36,577 bases of DNA from IMG/VR virus record IMGVR_UViG_3300032237_000427, positions 1 to 36,577 of that record; one strand, written 5' to 3'. The position numbers and the translations under genes are program-made. Source of the stretch: a virus. Taxonomy: Duplodnaviria > Caudoviricetes. Within the stretch, counting starts at the first letter, position 1. The number at the start of each line of letters is the position of its first letter. This document shows positions 1 to 8,549 of this stretch, in pieces. The notes beneath the pieces were generated by a model. That model saw only the letters and a list, made by a program, of their open reading frames with translations, did no database searches and was not told the origin of the DNA.

Positions 1-123
1 CGGTGCCTCCTTGCTAGTTGGTAGGGTGTACGCTAGCACAAACCTACCGGAAAGGCGGCAACATGACCCCGGAAGAAGCCCGGCGTGTCCAAGAACAAAT
101 GACAGCAGCGCACAAACACTTAC
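1..123. repeat. 123-bp direct terminal repeat, left copy (probably circular-assembly overlap)
   Basis: Bases 1-123 are identical to 36455-36577. Confidence 0.95.
19..40. promoter_or_regulatory. Overlapping divergent extended -10 promoters
   Basis: Plus strand TG-G-TAGGGT (19-27) precedes the HTH gene. Minus strand TGTGC-TAGCGT (40-30) precedes RBS AAGGAGG (12-6) and, across the junction, the Rad52-like ATG at 36453. Confidence 0.5.
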
Positions 124-362
124 GCGACCTGACTAGACAACGCGACCAAGTGTTCCTGCAACTATCCCGCGCTGGATACTCCCCACGGCAGATAGCAAAA
201 ATCGTGGGAATCAACTATTCCGTTGTTTATAAAAGTCTTGAGCGTTCCGGCTATACCCCCAAGTTTTCATTCACTGAAGGTCGTTTGCGGAATGTGACAC
301 AACAAGCCATTGTGAATGATGTGAAAGCCAAAATGAAAACCCAAGGCAAACAATATGTCTGA
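63..362 (+). CDS. Helix-turn-helix DNA-binding protein
   Basis: ATG at 63 after GGAAAGG; HTH-like segment GYSPRQIAKIVGINYSVVYKSL. Confidence 0.75.
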   Translation: MTPEEARRVQEQMTAAHKHLRDLTRQRDQVFLQLSRAGYSPRQIAKIVGINYSVVYKSLERSGYTPKFSFTEGRLRNVTQQAIVNDVKAKMKTQGKQYV

Positions 363-1119
363 CATAGCACTCATTTCCCTATTTGCAGGAGTGGGTGGTT
401 TTGATCTTGCTGCACAAAACCTTGACATTCCCACCATTGCAGCAGTTGAAATTGATGACAACGCTAGAGGTGTTTTAGCGCACCAATTTCCTGAAACCCG
501 CCTATATACCGATGTAACCAAAGTGACCGGAAAGGAACTGTTAGGAGATTATGAAGGGACAGTTATCGTTACTGGGGGATTCCCCTGCCAAGACCTTTCC
601 ATTGCAGGAAAACGCGCCGGATTGGTTGGTGAGCGCAGTGGACTATTTTGGGAAATTATTCGCATCGCTGAAGAAATCAAACCCCAAGCACTCCTATTGG
701 AAAATGTGCCAGGTCTCCTCAGCAGTAATGGTGGACGGGATATGGGAACCGTCATCGGGGCGTTGGGCCAGCTCGGGTATCGCGTCGGATGGCGAGTGCT
801 GGATGCTCAACACTTCGGAGTACCCCAAAGACGGCGGCGTGTGTTCATCGTTGCGGGACATTTTGGAGCAGACACCCTCGCAGAAGTATTGCTTGAGTGC
901 GAAAGCGGCGCAGGGGATTTTGCGTCGAGCAACCAAACGGGGCAAGACGCTACCGGAACCGTTACAGGTGGCGTTGGAGCAGGTCGCACAGTCGTAAGAG
1001 AGAGAGAGAGAGAGAGAGAGAGTCTTCGGGCAGGCCGGATTCGGGACTTACGCAGCCGGAGTCAAAACTCTCAACGCATCTATGGTCAAACGACCAGAAG
1101 ACACGGTGGTCATCGGTGA
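355..1119 (+). CDS. C5 cytosine DNA methyltransferase, N-terminal catalytic part (motifs I-VIII)
   Basis: SLFAGVGG (I), GGFPCQD (IV), LLENVPG (VI), PQRRRRVF (VIII); reads through (AG)13 and stops at TGA 1117-1119. Confidence 0.92.
   Translation: MSDIALISLFAGVGGFDLAAQNLDIPTIAAVEIDDNARGVLAHQFPETRLYTDVTKVTGKELLGDYEGTVIVTGGFPCQDLSIAGKRAGLVGERSGLFWEIIRIAEEIKPQALLLENVPGLLSSNGGRDMGTVIGALGQLGYRVGWRVLDAQHFGVPQRRRRVFIVAGHFGADTLAEVLLECESGAGDFASSNQTGQDATGTVTGGVGAGRTVVRERERERESLRAGRIRDLRSRSQNSQRIYGQTTRRHGGHR
551..997 (+). CDS. Overprinted +1-frame ORF inside the methyltransferase gene, resembling the beta polypeptide of M.EcoHK31I-type split C5 MTases
   Basis: AGGAG at 543-547 just before ATG 551; C-terminus SLRDILEQ..KYCLSAKAAQGILRRA..RGK.LP..L..AL. 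Confidence 0.7.
   Translation: MKGQLSLLGDSPAKTFPLQENAPDWLVSAVDYFGKLFASLKKSNPKHSYWKMCQVSSAVMVDGIWEPSSGRWASSGIASDGECWMLNTSEYPKDGGVCSSLRDILEQTPSQKYCLSAKAAQGILRRATKRGKTLPEPLQVALEQVAQS
997..1022 (+). repeat. (AG)13 dinucleotide microsatellite
   Basis: 26 bp of perfect AG repeat within the MTase coding region. Confidence 0.95.
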
Positions 1120-1235
1120 CTGATATCGCTGGTTGCCTTTCCGCTGGGGCACATCCAGGTGGATTCAACGGACAGGACGCATATGTCGGACATCTTTTGG
1201 TTCAGCAAGAGTCGTCGCGCAATGAGCGCAGATGA
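1116..1235 (+). CDS. Small MTase variable-region module (frame 3)
   Basis: GTG overlaps the upstream TGA (GTGA); translates as MTDIAGCLSAGAHPGGFNGQDAYVGHLLV, resembling phage MTase variable-region modules. Confidence 0.4.
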   Translation: MTDIAGCLSAGAHPGGFNGQDAYVGHLLVQQESSRNERR

Positions 1236-1710
1236 TTATGAAACACGGATTGAAGGGGGAGTGTGTCCTACTTTGAATGTGTTTGACAATAAAGGCGATA
1301 CACGCGCAACTGTACTAACTATTGCATATTCGATCCGTGAAGATGCGCAAGCCAATACTTTCAGTGCCACAGAAATAGAAACGAGTCGAGCATTGCAAGC
1401 ACAACAACCATCGGTGCAATCACATCATGCGCAAACATTCATAGCGCAACCAACAATTGTTCGACGCTTGACGCCAGTTGAATGTGAACGCCTACAAGGG
1501 TTCCCTGACGGATGGACAGAGCAACGCATAGACAAAACCGGCCAAGTCATTGAACAAAAAGACTCAGCCCGCTACAAACAAATGGGCAACGCGGTAGCCG
1601 TACCTTGCGCCCAATGGTTACTGCAACGACTAGTTACTTCACTGCGGGAGGAACACGATCCCCAACCACATAACGCAAATGCCACGGTTCAGACTGCGAT
1701 TCCCAACTAA
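1183..1710 (+). CDS. C5 methyltransferase, C-terminal part (variable region plus motifs IX-X)
   Basis: RRLTPVECERLQGFPDGWT and RYKQMGNAVAVP; ATG 1183 follows AGGA (ORF track starts at GTG 1159); same frame as 355..1119. Confidence 0.88.
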   Translation: MSDIFWFSKSRRAMSADDYETRIEGGVCPTLNVFDNKGDTRATVLTIAYSIREDAQANTFSATEIETSRALQAQQPSVQSHHAQTFIAQPTIVRRLTPVECERLQGFPDGWTEQRIDKTGQVIEQKDSARYKQMGNAVAVPCAQWLLQRLVTSLREEHDPQPHNANATVQTAIPN

Positions 1711-2134
1711 ACCCAAACCGCGCAGCATTAGTCAACAACCACTTCAACCGCTGATCATTCATACCAGCCACATCAACAGCCAAACCCCAACCATGATTAC
1801 TCGTACCAGGAACAGCAACCCCAGCCATCTTTGGCTTCAACCACCAATCCTTACCCTTCCATTTCTCATGGCGGGTGTCACGCTTGGTGTTGTCATACCG
1901 CGCTAGAAACGCTTTCTCCTGAATAGACAACGGACGGTAAGTATCCACTGGACTCGTCGGCTTCAACACCACACCAGCTTTAGCGGCCTCAGCAACCATC
2001 GCTGTCCATGCTTTAGCCGCCAAATGATGCAACTTCCCACCAGTAATAGCGCTCAAAAGTTTCGGGTCAACCTGACCATTTGATTGACCATACAAATCTT
2101 TCGGCAACAACACAGGTTTAATGGGAAGTTTCAT
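1634..2134 (-). CDS. Peptidase M15B (VanY-like) endolysin
   Basis: YRPLSIQ, PGTSNHGWGLAVD and EPWH zinc-peptidase motifs. Confidence 0.85.
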   Translation of the reverse strand: MKLPIKPVLLPKDLYGQSNGQVDPKLLSAITGGKLHHLAAKAWTAMVAEAAKAGVVLKPTSPVDTYRPLSIQEKAFLARYDNTKRDTRHEKWKGKDWWLKPKMAGVAVPGTSNHGWGLAVDVAGMNDQRLKWLLTNAARFGFSWESQSEPWHLRYVVGDRVPPAVK

Positions 2135-2412
2135 GCCGATAGAGTACCGAATCCCAGAGCTGCGTAAGCCGCAGCATCAACCCAACTGTCTTTATGTTCA
2201 GGGGTAATTTGGGAACGAATCAGTTTCATTCCCGCCATCATCGCTGCCACCGTATGAGGCGGAATGGGCATAGATAAATCAAGTTGCGCTGCCCACACTT
2301 CCCCAATACGGCGACACGCATCAATCGCATCACCATAAACCTCTTGCCGATCCTGCGACAACAAACGACCTGCCTCACCCAACACTTCCACAGCGCGGTC
2401 AGCAGTAGACAT
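2131..2412 (-). CDS. DUF6378-like phage protein
   Basis: DRQEVYGD..., MMAGMKLIR and DSWVDAAAYAAL pattern. Confidence 0.75.
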   Translation of the reverse strand: MSTADRAVEVLGEAGRLLSQDRQEVYGDAIDACRRIGEVWAAQLDLSMPIPPHTVAAMMAGMKLIRSQITPEHKDSWVDAAAYAALGFGTLSA

Positions 2413-2420
2413 AACTCCTC

Positions 2421-3581
2421 CTAAACAACAGCAATATCTGAAACAAACCTATCCGGATCAATACCAACCACAAAAGTCAATGTGCCTGGCGTTGACCACT
2501 TACCCGCAGAATCTTCGAACCATTTCGAGCCACCATCATTGGATGGGCATTGCAGTCTCCACCACGGCCCCATGTCTTCCACTTTGAGATGGTGTAGGTG
2601 GGCGGTTACCCATACACGGGGTTCTCTACCGTGGTCGCGTAACAGGCGTATGGATTGACCGCGTAACCATTCTAGTTCGCGTGCCTGTGACGGGATTTTG
2701 TGTCCGTGGGTAAATGCCACTGGGACTGTGGACAAGTCGTGTAGGACTGTCATTTCGTCATGCGGCACAACCCACTCAATGCCAAGGTCAGAGGGCAGGA
2801 TTCGCATGAGTGCATCCGCTAGGAAACCGTCTGCGCTATCAGAGTCAGAAGTTAGCGGTCTGCCGCCTGTGGATTTGCGTGACCATTCCCCATGATTAGA
2901 CAATACGGAAACAACAGTCAACTTGTTCACATGTGGCAGTAGGGCGTAGATGCCTTCCGCATACAAGTCCAGCGCGGCTACGAGCTGTTGCCGTAGGGTC
3001 AGTTCGACTGTGAAAAGTTGGGAGTCGTACTGCCCGTAGCAGCCTTCGATGGGGTCGCCCATGAGGGCTATGCATACATCTGTGACGGGGATTCCTTGTT
3101 TGCGTAAGGCTTTCAACCGGCGCACTGTGGCATCAAACGAATCGCGCACCCGCCTCAATGTGGCTTCAAAACCGCCATTAGCGGACTTACCTAACTGCCA
3201 GTCAGCCCAACACACAACAAGAGTTCCAACGCCGGAGAATGGCTCCTGTGGCTTTTTAGGGGCATTCCTGCGCAGCACTAGCGCAAAGTCATCATCCGTG
3301 AGGGTTTCCCCAACAATACGCTCAAACTGTGCCCGATACGAATACAGCCACAAAACATCCCGATCACCATTCTCAAGACGCTTAGACTGCTGCCACTTAG
3401 ACATGCGCACCGTGTCATCCTTCACACGGAACACAGCAGGGTCAAGCCCAAACGACCTCAAAATAGGTGACCAGTCAGAACCAATCGGCTCCGGCAACGG
3501 CCCAGTCTCAATTGAACCGCCGTCTAAACCAATCTCAGCGCGAGCCTTCACCGGCTCCTCAAACCTGTCTTTAATACTCAT
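2421..3581 (-). CDS. Metallophosphoesterase (Mre11/calcineurin-like)
   Basis: ADWQLGK, GDPIEG, SNHGE, HGH and AHLHH metal-binding motifs; start taken at MSIKDRF. Confidence 0.85.
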   Translation of the reverse strand: MSIKDRFEEPVKARAEIGLDGGSIETGPLPEPIGSDWSPILRSFGLDPAVFRVKDDTVRMSKWQQSKRLENGDRDVLWLYSYRAQFERIVGETLTDDDFALVLRRNAPKKPQEPFSGVGTLVVCWADWQLGKSANGGFEATLRRVRDSFDATVRRLKALRKQGIPVTDVCIALMGDPIEGCYGQYDSQLFTVELTLRQQLVAALDLYAEGIYALLPHVNKLTVVSVLSNHGEWSRKSTGGRPLTSDSDSADGFLADALMRILPSDLGIEWVVPHDEMTVLHDLSTVPVAFTHGHKIPSQARELEWLRGQSIRLLRDHGREPRVWVTAHLHHLKVEDMGPWWRLQCPSNDGGSKWFEDSAGKWSTPGTLTFVVGIDPDRFVSDIAVV

Positions 3582-3826
3582 CGCGCACCACACTGCCCGC
3601 GACGGTGACGAGACACCGACTGAATCCCTACCGAAAATCCTTCATCGGTAAGAATGTCAGCAATCTTCGCATCCGAATACCGAGACTTATCATCCGCTGA
3701 CTTCTCAAAATTAGTATTCAAAAAGTCTCTATCATCAACATCAAGTTGCGTCAAAATAGAACAAACCCGGCACACGCTCCGGGGATATTGCGCTGGTTCG
3801 GCCAGCAAACGGTCTTTGATACCCAC
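3578..3826 (-). CDS. Small hypothetical protein with CxxC and a possible HTH
   Basis: GAGGAGG RBS; CRVC ... SDAKIADIL ... RHRRGQC. Confidence 0.65.
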   Translation of the reverse strand: MGIKDRLLAEPAQYPRSVCRVCSILTQLDVDDRDFLNTNFEKSADDKSRYSDAKIADILTDEGFSVGIQSVSRHRRGQCGAR

Positions 3827-3860
3827 AGGAACCTCCTCATTGTTGTGGACAACAAGGGGA

Positions 3861-3871
3861 ACAGTAGCACC
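3861..3871 (-). promoter_or_regulatory. Extended -10 promoter
   Basis: Intergenic GGTGC-TACTGT; same TGC-TANNNT pattern as at 30-40, 14999-15009 and 32350-32360. Confidence 0.5.
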
Positions 3872-4113
3872 TAACCGCGAAGAATTTGGTAAATAAGAGA
3901 AGAAACAGCAATGAGTGTCGCAGCGCTAGGCAAAGCCCACACTCGACGCTCCAAATACCGAACCCGCTTCTCATGATCCGCAATACGCTCAGCTTGCGAA
4001 TCGGCTGCCGCACCCATCAAATCCAATCTGGCAAGAATCGTGTTCAGAATATCTTTCTGTTCCTTAAGTTCTTCCCACACATCACCTAGGGTGACGACTA
4101 CTTGGTGTTCCAT
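3871..4113 (-). CDS. Small coiled-coil membrane protein (possible lysis accessory)
   Basis: Coiled coil (IADHEKRVRYLERR) followed by a C-terminal hydrophobic helix. Confidence 0.65.
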   Translation of the reverse strand: MEHQVVVTLGDVWEELKEQKDILNTILARLDLMGAAADSQAERIADHEKRVRYLERRVWALPSAATLIAVSSLIYQILRG

Positions 4114-5357
4114 TAGGCAGCCTCATAGGTGCCGGTAATAGCGAAATAGTGACCAACTGTGGCAGTCAAAGCCACTGGTGAGTTCAAATCAAAATTCGTG
4201 ACTGTCGCGTTACCCGTAGTTGAGTTAAGGTAATACAAAGGCATAGTCGTACTGCCAGGAACAATGCGACCTATCAACTGATGGCGTGAACCGCCGCTAG
4301 AAGTCCTATCCAAAATACCTGTGTATGAGAACTGCTGATAGGTGCTAACAGGGGTCACTGGAAGCGTAAGTTGGAAACCACCTGAACCAAAAGTCGTAGC
4401 AGGGGAAGCCTTAAAGTCAACTTGAATTCTGAAATGAACCGTCTTACCAATTTGAATATAAGCAGAATTGACAGTTCCATTTGTAGGGTTAACTGATGTC
4501 GCCGTCCAACTCGATGTGTAAGTCGTCGTCCACGCCCCAGTCAAACCAGTAACATCAGTACCATTCACCTGAAACTTAGTAGTCGCATTAACCGTAGGCG
4601 CAGTGACAGTCCCAGTAAAAGTCGGACTTGCAGTAGGAGCCTTAGCATCAATCTGCGTTTGAATTGCTGAAGTGACACCATTCAAATACTGGAACTCAGT
4701 ATTATCAACAGAACCATCAGCAATCTTCGTTGCCGCAATCGCAGCGCTAGCATTCACATCCGCATTCACAATACTGCCCGAAGTAACAAGCGTCCCCGAA
4801 GCAGCAGGCAAAGTAACCGTCGTAGAACCAGCAACCGCACTAGCCTTCACAACCGTCGTACCAGAAGTAGACCCAGCAAACGACGCACCCGCACCATCAA
4901 CAGAAGGCGAAGTCAACGCCGGGGAAGTCAAAGTCTTATTCGTCAAAGTCTGCGTATCAGTCGTACCCACCACATTAGAACTTGTGGCAAGACCATGCAC
5001 ACTCACAGTTGAATCAGAACCAGTAGCCGACACATGCGCGTTAGCGTCATCAGCATCCGTCGCAGACCACGAAACCCAAACCGTGTCACCCACAGAATGC
5101 CCAACCGCAGTCGTCCCATCCTGACCACGCGACACCACAGTCACAGTCGTACCCGAAGCCCCCGAACACAAAATGCGTTCCTCAGTAGCCGTACCCGCAC
5201 CAATCGTCACCCAAAAATTTACGCCCGTAGCAGACGGCCAGTTAGTACCAGACGCAATAGTGAAAGTCGTATCCCCGCTAGACATGTTCGCAGCCAGCGT
5301 CGTAACAACCGGGGCGTTCGCAAACTTATACCGGCGACGGGTGGGCAGAGTAGGCAT
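4113..5357 (-). CDS. Tail fibre protein
   Basis: T/S/G-rich; fibre motifs TQTLTNKTLTSP, YLNGVTSAIQTQID, APTASPTFTG; C-terminal YIQIGKTVHF receptor-binding-type domain. Confidence 0.8.
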   Translation of the reverse strand: MPTLPTRRRYKFANAPVVTTLAANMSSGDTTFTIASGTNWPSATGVNFWVTIGAGTATEERILCSGASGTTVTVVSRGQDGTTAVGHSVGDTVWVSWSATDADDANAHVSATGSDSTVSVHGLATSSNVVGTTDTQTLTNKTLTSPALTSPSVDGAGASFAGSTSGTTVVKASAVAGSTTVTLPAASGTLVTSGSIVNADVNASAAIAATKIADGSVDNTEFQYLNGVTSAIQTQIDAKAPTASPTFTGTVTAPTVNATTKFQVNGTDVTGLTGAWTTTYTSSWTATSVNPTNGTVNSAYIQIGKTVHFRIQVDFKASPATTFGSGGFQLTLPVTPVSTYQQFSYTGILDRTSSGGSRHQLIGRIVPGSTTMPLYYLNSTTGNATVTNFDLNSPVALTATVGHYFAITGTYEAA

Positions 5358-5366
5358 GAGTGTCCT

Positions 5367-7280
5367 TTACGCAATCTGTCTCAAAGTGAGAACCAGTGTA
5401 CCTTGATACCTTTTAGCCTTAGTCGAAAACTTCTCCGGAAGCCAAGAAAAATCATCAACAATAACCGAATACGACGAATCACCCTCTTGATAAGTAATAA
5501 TCGTCTGATCCGTATGCAACCCCACAAGGAAGTCATACTCATACCCAACATCCAACGGATAGTCGCGCTGGTTCAAAGCTGTAATAGCGTCATACAGCAG
5601 GATGGGAACCATGAAACGGGTCAAACGCTTCGGCGCTGGGTAAGACCGAAGTAGTGAACCTGTCACTGTTGGGCCTTTAACAATCAGTTTGGTTTCAATG
5701 AAAGTGTTGCGTTCACCGACATAGAAGTCAGGGGACTGCAAACTATTCACCACATTAGAGGAACCTAGAAAGTTGAATGCTGCCCCATCCACTGAATGCC
5801 AAATCTCAACCGACTGTCCCGTGGTTAGTGCGGCATGGCGAACACCTTGGAATACTGCAACCTTTTGATCTGTCAAACCGTGGGTGATTTGACCGCTAGT
5901 AATCCAGCCGCTAGACAACACACCATCTTCAGCGTAAATACCTGAACCGACAACCATCAATGTCCGCTTGCCGTCACTGGTTGTTAAGATACTGCTGACA
6001 GTTCCAGTGACGCTAGACATCAAATCAGTGGCATAAGCAGGTTGTAGAGTCTTGTTGAACACGGTCAGGTCAGCGCGACCCAAGCCAGAGAATCCACTAT
6101 CAGTGTTATTTGACCAACCAAACCACACAAACCTGTCTTGACCTTCAGCACAATACACAGGCGCAGGCGTAGGAATCAGTGGCCCAAGAATCAGATTGCC
6201 ACTGTTGTCGGTGTCTGCCATGCGGAAACCTTTAGAAGTTCCCACAAACATGTATCCAAGATGGGCATAAAGTAAGGTGACATATTCACCGTCAGGCATT
6301 TGTAGCGCAACAGTTGGCGCACCAAGTTTCGTGTTTTGCGTATCAGCAAGAGTAGCTTTATAAATAGTTGACTTGTCGTTGTAATACCCACCAAAATAAT
6401 GATATGCGCCAAGCGCATCACTTGCCGTCCAGTTCCAACCGGGAACATAACGAGCCATGTGAGTTGAATCATTGAAAGTCATCAACGCATAATTTTGAGA
6501 AACTGTATAAGAAGTAGCTAATGCCGAAGAAGAAGTTTCTGTAACTTCATTCAAAACACCAGTAGTTTGCGACGCAAATAAACGACCATTGTTAAACCAC
6601 AAACCATTACAACCAGCAGAACCAGGAACTGTTGCAATCTGCGTTGCACTTCCCGGTGAAGACACATCCACCCGGTAAATACCATTAGAATTGAATGCCA
6701 CAAAAATGTAGCGACCATTCGTAGCAATCGCAGTTGCGTTAGCAGCCGGAGTACCTGTCACTGTTGTAGATGAACCCCAAGTGGAACCCGACAACAACGA
6801 ATACTTCAACGACTGACCATCAATCCAAAACACATACGAACCAGCAACAACCATCTCCCCATTAGAACCAGTGGCAGACTTCTGTAGCGCAGTCGAATTC
6901 AACAAACTAATCTGACCAAACGACCATGGATTAATACCAACACTAGCGTTGAAACGATACGGGTCAGAATCCTCACGATCATAATGCGTTTGCCCCGCGC
7001 CATGATGCCACGAATCCACACTACGCCGCCACAAGTTTTCCGGCGACACACTTGACTCACCAGAAGTACGCGCATTATCAGCCTGCGTACGCAACAAAGG
7101 CAACGAATCTCGACTAAACCTGTGATAGATAGAACCAATAGCCTGCGGGTCAGTGTTCACCATGTACGGTCTGCCAGCTACAGCGCAAGGAAACAACCCT
7201 GGTACTTGCGAAGTGGATGCCGAGGCAGCCGATGAAAGTGATGCACCGAAATGAGAACCAAGCAACAGGCTATAAACCAT
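5367..7280 (-). CDS. Tail nozzle (tail tubular protein B-like, beta-propeller)
   Basis: 637 aa, beta-rich, follows the adaptor gene in podovirus order. Confidence 0.6.
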   Translation of the reverse strand: MVYSLLLGSHFGASLSSAASASTSQVPGLFPCAVAGRPYMVNTDPQAIGSIYHRFSRDSLPLLRTQADNARTSGESSVSPENLWRRSVDSWHHGAGQTHYDREDSDPYRFNASVGINPWSFGQISLLNSTALQKSATGSNGEMVVAGSYVFWIDGQSLKYSLLSGSTWGSSTTVTGTPAANATAIATNGRYIFVAFNSNGIYRVDVSSPGSATQIATVPGSAGCNGLWFNNGRLFASQTTGVLNEVTETSSSALATSYTVSQNYALMTFNDSTHMARYVPGWNWTASDALGAYHYFGGYYNDKSTIYKATLADTQNTKLGAPTVALQMPDGEYVTLLYAHLGYMFVGTSKGFRMADTDNSGNLILGPLIPTPAPVYCAEGQDRFVWFGWSNNTDSGFSGLGRADLTVFNKTLQPAYATDLMSSVTGTVSSILTTSDGKRTLMVVGSGIYAEDGVLSSGWITSGQITHGLTDQKVAVFQGVRHAALTTGQSVEIWHSVDGAAFNFLGSSNVVNSLQSPDFYVGERNTFIETKLIVKGPTVTGSLLRSYPAPKRLTRFMVPILLYDAITALNQRDYPLDVGYEYDFLVGLHTDQTIITYQEGDSSYSVIVDDFSWLPEKFSTKAKRYQGTLVLTLRQIA

Positions 7281-8176
7281 CAGGCATCCTTGATGATTGG
7301 GTAGAACGCATCAAGGCGTTGCTTCTCAGCCTCAATGCGCTGCGCCCGCAACAACCGCAAACTATTCACTGAAGCATTCGTAGCACCAACCGGAACCTCA
7401 GCCGCACGACGAGTATCACCCTGCGTCTCAGTAAACGCCCGCTTCACCTCACGACCCGCCATAAGCTGAATCGCAGCGCCAATTGGAGGCAAGTCATACG
7501 CAGTAGATGGCAAACCAGTCGCAGACACATCCGCAGAACTAGAAGCCAGCGCTGTGAAACCCTTCTTGTAAGTCACCCAAATCGGGTAACCCGCATACAT
7601 GTCCTCATAAATAAACAAAGCCTTACCCGAAGCAAACCCATTAGAACCCGTAGGCGCAGTCTGCATGACACGGAACTTTTGTGTATTGACCCGCGGCCAG
7701 TCCTTATAAATACCAGGAGTCTGACCACGAACCTCAATTACTGAAATTAAGTTAGTGACACCATCAAGGTCATAACCAGTCATCAATGGGTTATAAGTCA
7801 AAGTCTCTGTACCGACCTGATACAAACCATGCGCCGGGCTAGACAAATCAACAAGATCAAAATTCAAAGCATCAAGAATCTGCGCTGCCGGGAAACGCGG
7901 ATTGACCGTAATCACAGACCCCGAAACGGCATTCGCATCCGTGGTGCCTTCCCACCCACCGGACACTGTGGCAGTCTTACCAACAACCTCCCACACATAC
8001 AAAAGATTAGAACCAATCTCAATACGAGAACCCGGCTGAATACCCATCGTGTCATACGAAACAGTCAAAGTGCCAGACCCAGCCGTATACGCAGAAGCTA
8101 GTTTGTTCTTTTCTTCCTGAATACCAGAAAGCAAATACGCTTTAGTGCGCTCAATCCAATCAGATGCAAGAGTCAC
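7280..8176 (-). CDS. Head-tail adaptor (tail tubular protein A-like)
   Basis: Synteny; helical termini with RFPAAQILDALN; translationally coupled to neighbours. Confidence 0.55.
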   Translation of the reverse strand: MTLASDWIERTKAYLLSGIQEEKNKLASAYTAGSGTLTVSYDTMGIQPGSRIEIGSNLLYVWEVVGKTATVSGGWEGTTDANAVSGSVITVNPRFPAAQILDALNFDLVDLSSPAHGLYQVGTETLTYNPLMTGYDLDGVTNLISVIEVRGQTPGIYKDWPRVNTQKFRVMQTAPTGSNGFASGKALFIYEDMYAGYPIWVTYKKGFTALASSSADVSATGLPSTAYDLPPIGAAIQLMAGREVKRAFTETQGDTRRAAEVPVGATNASVNSLRLLRAQRIEAEKQRLDAFYPIIKDA

Positions 8177-8541
8177 TGCGCTGCCTTTGCTGGTTCATAA
8201 ATACTTCTGCCAATACTTTCCTGAACAAAGGATACCGCGTCAGCGACCTGCTTTTCCTTACCGGGAAACGCTCGACCCGATTCAATTTCAAACCGGCTAG
8301 AAGCCTTAGCCTCAAGCGCAGCAGAACCATCAATACGCGGCGGCTGATACCCCTGCTCACGCAACCGCTTGTATGCGGGCATGTCTGAAGCCCAACGCTG
8401 CTCCAAAGCCTTCTCACGCAGCGCAGATTGACCACCTTCAGTGGAAGCAGCCACACTAGGCGCAAGCATCAAAGTGCCAAGTTTGCACCCAAAACAACCC
8501 TCAACAGGAACCGAATGAGTACGACGCTGATGCAACGACAT
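8173..8541 (-). CDS. Hypothetical phage protein
   Basis: HQRRTH..VEGCFGCK N-terminus; coupled to the next gene. Confidence 0.7.
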   Translation of the reverse strand: MSLHQRRTHSVPVEGCFGCKLGTLMLAPSVAASTEGGQSALREKALEQRWASDMPAYKRLREQGYQPPRIDGSAALEAKASSRFEIESGRAFPGKEKQVADAVSFVQESIGRSIYEPAKAAQ

Positions 8542-8549
8542 GAATGCCC

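Noticed and set aside
355-1710. Genome-wide stop-codon reassignment explaining the internal TGA
   Set aside because: TGA ends many genes with ATGA/GTGA coupling, and TAG and TAA also act as stops; the standard code gives dense coding.
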